A stretch of DNA of 64,000 nucleotides. Origin: Eledone cirrhosa (Eukaryota). Made by a program: the position numbers and the translations under genes. Below the pieces are notes generated by a model. That model worked only from the letters and a program-made list of their open reading frames with translations. It did no database searches and had not been told where the DNA came from. Each line of letters opens with the position of its first letter. The stretch's first letter is position 1. Below, piece after piece: positions 59,251 to 64,000 of the stretch. The DNA is taken from contig OZ024753.1 in NCBI GenBank assembly GCA_964016885.1, positions 23,374,001 to 23,438,000 of the forward strand. The letters run 5' to 3'.

Positions 59251-60233
59251 CTCTTTCAATGACAGTCAAAACCCACTCTTTCAATGACATTCAAAACCCC
59301 CTCTTTCAATGACAGCCAAAACCCACTCTTTCAATGACAGTCGAAACCCACTCTTTCAATGACAATATCTAAACCCACTCTTTCAATGACAGTCAAAACC
59401 CACTCTTTCAATGACAGTCAAAACCCCCTCTTTCAATGTCAGCCAAAACCCACTCTTTCAATGACAATGTCAAAACACACTCTTTCAATGACAGTCGAAA
59501 CCCACTCTTTCAATGACAGCCAAAACCCACTCTTTCAATGAGTCAAAACCCACTCCTTCAATGATATAGTCAAAATCCACTCTTTCAATGACAGTGAAAA
59601 CCCACTCTTTCAATGAAAGTCAATGATTCATACATTTAGCCAGAATTATTTAGGTTGATATACGGGGTTTAATTGAAACTAATGTAAATCTAATACGTTT
59701 AATCTAATCAAAAGAATTATTCGGGCACGTTAAGCTGATAAGAAGCAAATTTCAGTTTGCTTAGTGCATTCATTTATCATCATAGGAGATAATGGCTTGA
59801 GAGATCAAGCTAATTCATTTTCGAATAGCTGCTTCTGTCGACAACAGGAAGCTATACTGTGATTGCTAAACACTTAGACGTCGAGAGATTTATTATCTCT
59901 AGATACAATATTGATGTATTGCTGTTTATAGGGAGTTTATCTCTATCAAATTTTAATTACCAATTGACTCGTAGGGCCACCGTTGTAAATACGCAGATAC
60001 CGCCAAACTATAAACAAAACATGCAACATATCAGCGGCAACAGTGTTTTTGGTTTCATTTCTTCTTATCAAGGCTACCGGAGTTTGATTAAAACAAGGAT
60101 TGTAGAATCAACCATAATAATACGCAATGTGTGTTTATATATATATTTGCTCTACGGTTCTTATATATTTGATATATATTTATCCTTATCGAGCCCTCTT
60201 TGGATTTTGGTCTTCAAATTTATTATTATTACT

Positions 60234-60379
<146 letters not shown>

Positions 60380-61041
60380 AATAAGTCAATAATTCTAGCA
60401 TATACTCAAAATCTATATATGTATATATATATATGAAACATGATTTAAATAATTTTGAAAACTGAACCATGTACCTGAAAGATAATTAAAATTGCTAAGA
60501 TAACAAAAGAAGCTTACCTGAGCAAATTTAATAATCTCAAATATTTTCAAGTCTAAAAACCCATTATCAAGGGACTATCTCTGGGAGACTTAAAGGATCG
60601 TTTGGAGTTGACTTGTTTGGAAGCAGATTTAAGTTAAATTCACTGTTAATTGGACACACTAGGGGTAAAGGATATCAGGTTACAGATAAATATATTCAGT
60701 TCGGGTCAGCCTAAAGTTCTATAAAAATATAATGGACGGGGTTGAATTCAGAACTTAGAAGGTAAAAAAGTTTGAAGGTAAAAATTAAAGTTAAGATTAA
60801 AGATTAATAATATAAATTTTAAGTTTAAAATTTAAAGATTTCATCAAAGAATTAGGACAAGGAAGCATTTATGTAAAAATTAAATATGTTTCATAATCAT
60901 AACAAAGGTCACGTTCCACCACTGTGTGTTTGTGATATAGAAAAATGAGTGTCTTTCGTTAGCTACTGAAATAATGGCTTCACAGTCACCGCAGGTTCAT
61001 AAACCTGTGAACACTTCCAAGGAAAATCTCATTTCAAGAAT

Positions 61042-61465
61042 AGGGAAATTTCTATTATTTCCAAGCACTCCAGGAAACGTCTACAGGCTCATATATTACG
61101 TGACCAGAAGAGTCAGTACAATTGGCCAGTGAAGCAACATATGCCAGGCAGTTATTAGTTACAAATACTATGTTAATGATTCTAAAGGTAGAGTAGTGTA
61201 AAGCTGAAACGTATTAAACAAAATAAAACTAAATGAAACTAGATTAGATCACTCTCTAGCTTTTGGTTATTTGCATTGATCGATATTATATTCCTAGGGG
61301 TGTGAAATAATTCTGAACTACATTATATAAAAGAGTGCGGTTAGGTGATCAATAACCAGTGACGTGAAGATTTCTCGGTCTACCTAAGGGTCAAGGGCCT
61401 ACCAACTGTTCCGAGTATTTTTGTCTTCAGGAAGAAAGGGAAATTTATTTTTCCAAGCACTCCAG
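61042..61465 (+). repeat. Degenerate short direct repeat pair (61042-61073 and 61437-61465)
   Basis: AGGGAAATTT...TTTCCAAGCACTCCAG occurs twice. The 16-bp core is exact at 61058-61073 and 61450-61465. Confidence 0.7.
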
Positions 61466-61849
61466 AAAGGAGGACAGACCCAGGCACTGCGAGTGCAGGT
61501 AGGAAAGCCATCACAGCCAGTCGATCATCCAACGTATACCAAATGATTATTAGCTTTTCATATCAGTGATGTGAATCGTGGGAAGCTTAAAGGTAGTAAA
61601 ATGTATTAAATAGGCAAAGAATATATTCTAAATCTCAAGCTAACCTGGCTTCCATATGTTGTTCAGTTTTGAATTCATATGGGATATAATCCCATCCCAC
61701 ACCATAAGTATAGGTAAGATATAGATATATACCCTAATACTACAACGTACTTATGTCTCTATGTAATTTAATTATTATAATATGGAAACTATATCACATG
61801 GTACATGTTGAGTGAATCCAGGGTGGGGAGTAATTAAAAAAATAAATAG

Positions 61850-62192
61850 ATATAAAAAATGTATAGAAAGGAATAGACTTTCTATTTAATAGGTTTAATT
61901 TCGAATAAATAATAGTGCGAGACTCTAGGAGACAAAGGTTACAGAATTTGTTGGGTGATTTATAAGATGGGGCTTTAGCTAACACGTCCCATTCTAGGGT
62001 GTAAGATTCATTGCTAATTTTCAATGAAGATATATATGTAGATAATGAAGTAGCGTGATTTTTACTTTAGAAATACAGAAAGTGTGACGATGCGAATTAT
62101 ATCTTGTTTTAAAGCTATTCGAGGTGGAACCAATATAAGTTTTTAAAATTGCAGGTGTTGAGACAGTACAAGAGTAAACTATATATTTAATT
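61850..62192 (-). pseudogene. Penelope-like retroelement, C-terminal GIY-YIG endonuclease segment (frameshifted)
   Basis: The minus strand reads IKYIVYSCTVSTPAILKTYIGSTSNSFKTRYNSHRHTF (VY...YIG, R, H). After one frameshift near 62,065 it reads KNHATSLSTYISSLKISNESYTLEWDVLAKAPSYKSPNKFCNLCLLESRTIIYSKLNLLNRKS, with the CNLCLxE and LLN motifs typical of PLE endonucleases. The left boundary is approximate. Confidence 0.88.
62180..62192 (+). other. Target-site duplication, left copy (TATATATTTAATT)
   Basis: An identical 13-mer lies at 63819-63831. The match extends to AAAC(A)TATATATTTAATT with one indel. Confidence 0.9.
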
Positions 62193-63566
62193 GACGTAAC
62201 AGTAATGGTGTCGACAGCCTCGGAAATCGGGGCGATCGGCACCTTACTGGAGGAGTACGAAAGGTTTACAGGGGCTAAGCTGAACCGCGACAAGTCGATC
62301 GGTCTGCAACTCGGCACGTGGAGTGGCAGATCGATGCCCTCCGATGGCGTCGTCGGGCGCTGGACGGAGGGCCCGGTGAAGTTGCTCGGGGTCTGGTTCG
62401 GACCAGACCTCCAGGTGGAGAAGAACTGGGGTGAGGTAACGAACAGGGTGTTTGCACTGACCCAGAAGTGGGCCAAGTGCAAACTGTCCCTGAAAGGTCG
62501 GGTGGAGGTGGCGAACACTTATATAGCGTCCGTCATCTACTACCGCCTGACCGTTGTGCCTTGCCCAAGGGAAACGCTCGCCAAAATGGAGCGCGCACTC
62601 TTCTAATTCCTTTGGAAGAAGCGGGCTCCTATGGTGAGGAGATCCATCTGCTGTCAACACCCTTCGAAAGGAGGGCTGGGGATGCCGTGGCTAATGATAC
62701 GTAAACACGCATTAAGGCTACGGCACCTTCAGGTATTCCTCTCCGGTCAACCGGTGTGGGCCCCGTTTGTGAGGTGAGCCTTTCCCAGACTCGTCTCACT
62801 CACCGAGCTGCAATCCTGGGTCAAGCAAAGACTGAGAAAACTGGGCGCCTGGCACACCGAGTGTGCCCAGGCGCTCACGGCTCTCTGGCAGGCGGACCCG
62901 GCTGTCAGTGGAGAATCCACCTCGTCATTCTATAGAGGGCTGGTGGTTAGCAGGTGCGACGAAGCCCTCGGAGAAGCCCTAGGCATGGAGGAAGACGAAC
63001 TGGCCAACCTGTTCGGTAGGAAATTCAGCCCGGGACCCATGGATAACTTCCAGAGGTCCCTGGCCTGGCAATGCTACAGAAGGGCTCTGCCCGTTCGAGA
63101 AAGGCTCTACAGACACGGGCGCCCGGGTAGGGACCCATCGAAAAAGGTCTGTCCCAGATGCGTGTGCGACGAGGAAACCGTTGCACACGCATTGGTACAC
63201 TGCTCGGGCATTGCCGATCTGTGGGGCTATGTCGAACAACCGCTGTCAAGGGTGGGACCGATCCGGTTGACCACCGAGTCTATTGTAACGATCAAGCCGC
63301 CTCCCCTCTTCAAAAACGAAGGAGAGGCGGTGTTTCTGTGCGTAATAGCCATGGCGAAAGAGGTTGTATGGTGGAAGCGTCTGAAAGGATTGAGGTCAGA
63401 CACCTTTCTCTCTGGCCAACAACTGGTCCGTTTCTTCCGATATCATTTCGGAAGAAGGATCAGGATGGAGAGAGAGGTGCTGCACCCCAGCCGTTTCTAT
63501 GAAAGATGGGTGAAAGTGGCGAGAATGGCCCATGTGAATGGGCCTTTACTCTACATCAGACTATAG
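62193..63566 (+). pseudogene. LINE ORF2 remnant: RT C-terminus/thumb through the C-terminal CCHC zinc knuckle (zf-RVT-like), with two premature stops
   Basis: One frame throughout: DVTVMVS...YERFTGAKLNRDKS...VKLLGVWF...W...LSLKGRV...FLW...HPSKGGLGMP...CPRCVCDEETVAHALVHC...IRL*. In-frame stops are TAA at 62604-62606 and TGA at 62775-62777. The track ORFs 62205-62606 and 62943-63566 share this frame. Confidence 0.92.
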
Positions 63567-63805
63567 GTGAGGAAGATGAAAGACCAAGGGAGCACCCCTT
63601 CTCTGTGCTCCTGAGGAGAAGGGTTGCACACTTTTTTTCGGGGGTGTGTGCGCCTCCTCTCTATTGAGGACTTTGTTATAAATTTTATTTTTTGTTATAT
63701 TTTATTTTATTTTTATATATTGTTATTGCCTCCTCCTTATTGAGGACGCCTTGTTTTGTAAACTCCCCCCATTGTACTTGTCCCACTTTTGATGCCCTGG
63801 TGGCA

Positions 63806-63811
63806 AATAAA
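63806..63811 (+). promoter_or_regulatory. Polyadenylation signal at the LINE 3' end
   Basis: AATAAA lies 7 bp before the right TSD copy, downstream of a T-rich 3' UTR. Confidence 0.7.
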
Positions 63812-63818
63812 AGAAACA

Positions 63819-63831
63819 TATATATTTAATT
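63819..63831 (+). other. Target-site duplication, right copy (TATATATTTAATT)
   Basis: Identical to 62180-62192. Confidence 0.9.
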
Positions 63832-64000
63832 AGGTAATTTTTTCCCAGAGGGCAACTTTTATTTGGTCTACAGTTACAGTTGGTCTGGTTATTGGTATAT
63901 TGGTATATTGGTTGTGTAGTTATTATAGTTATTAATGTGAGTGTTGAGATTATGGTAATTATTATTATTACTATTATTATTATTGTTCTTTGAGTCTCAG
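63819..64000 (-). pseudogene. Penelope-like retroelement, upstream part: Asn-rich linker and Cys-rich knuckle before GIY-YIG; probably continues beyond the right edge
   Basis: The minus strand reads NQTNCNCRPNKSCPLGKNYLIKYI, which joins in frame to VYSCTV... on the other side of the LINE. Further upstream, an AAT-rich tract reads KNNNNNSNNNNYHN in a shifted frame. Confidence 0.85.

Larger units (their letters stand above)
1..59623 (+). repeat. Satellite DNA array of interleaved 25-bp (AAAACCCACTCTTTCAATGACAGTC) and 27-bp (AAAACCCACTCTTTCAATGACAATGTC) monomers, head-to-tail; continues beyond the left window edge
   Basis: The core CTTTCAATGAC recurs every 24-28 bp from base 1 to ~59,620. I saw no inversions or foreign insertions. 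The last monomers (59,540-59,623) are degenerate and are followed by unrelated AT-rich DNA. Confidence 0.99.
62193..63818 (+). mobile_element. 5'-truncated non-LTR retrotransposon (LINE), L1/Tx1-like
   Basis: Abrupt switch to GC-rich sequence, bounded by a 13-bp TSD. Contains an ORF2 remnant, a ~250-bp 3' UTR and AATAAA next to the 3' end. Confidence 0.93.

Noticed and set aside
402-59541. More than 100 short ORFs (KTHSFNDNV / KPTLSMTMS / IERVGFDIV repeats)
   Set aside because: They are translations of the satellite. The 27-mer is 9 codons and each 25-mer shifts the frame, eventually hitting the TGA in AATGAC. The ATG starts come from the monomer itself.
1-59623. CRISPR array (the minus strand contains ATTGAAAG, like many CRISPR repeat 3' ends, and the repeat is 24-27 bp)
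   Set aside because: There are no spacers (only A or AAT between cores), no leader and no cas genes, and the context is eukaryotic retroelements and microsatellites.
1-59623. Canonical G-quadruplex array on the minus strand
   Set aside because: There is only one GGG per monomer with 22-24-nt loops, and the common CCTAC/ATCC variants remove it.
1-59623. A single fixed higher-order repeat
   Set aside because: The observed periods (4123, 2116, 2678, 1113, 3788, ~1111) are local and not multiples of one unit.
59735-59770. Hammerhead ribozyme (CTGATAAG followed by a stem; PLEs often carry hammerheads)
   Set aside because: The core deviates from CUGANGA and the stem is followed by AGTG rather than GAAA.
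62021-62518. 165-aa minus-strand ORF as a real gene
   Set aside because: It is a chimera of antisense LINE sequence and the interrupted PLE GIY-YIG frame.
62604-62777. Programmed readthrough or selenocysteine at the in-frame LINE stops
   Set aside because: One stop is TAA and the copy is 5'-truncated. Point mutation after insertion is the simpler explanation.
62244-63502. Additional overlapping ORFs (62244-62660, 62275-62457, 62468-62704, 62979-63239, 63025-63249, 63158-63502)
   Set aside because: They are alternative or antisense frames of the GC-rich LINE ORF2 and carry no motifs.

Overview
Eukaryotic (probably invertebrate animal) repeat-rich DNA with no intact protein-coding gene. Positions 1-~59,623 are one head-to-tail satellite array, all in the same orientation and open at the left edge. 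It is built from two interleaved monomers: 25 bp AAAACCCACTCTTTCAATGACAGTC and 27 bp AAAACCCACTCTTTCAATGACAATGTC, roughly 2,300 copies estimated from length/26. Each monomer junction is a dyad (TGAC-A-GTCA or TGACA-A-TGTCA). There is no single higher-order repeat. Instead, recurring cassettes of variant monomers are shuffled, locally duplicated at different periods (about 4123, 2116, 2678, 1113, 3788 and 1111 bp) and stratified by diagnostic variants. All ORFs called in the array are translation artefacts. The array stops sharply at ~59.62 kb. Beyond it lie AT-rich DNA with a hairpin cluster, a (CA)n(TA)n microsatellite, and a nested pair of retroelements. A 5'-truncated L1/Tx1-type LINE (62,193-63,818, + strand, 13-bp TSD) has inserted into the GIY-YIG endonuclease region of a minus-strand Penelope-like element. 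Removing the LINE restores the Penelope reading frame across that junction.
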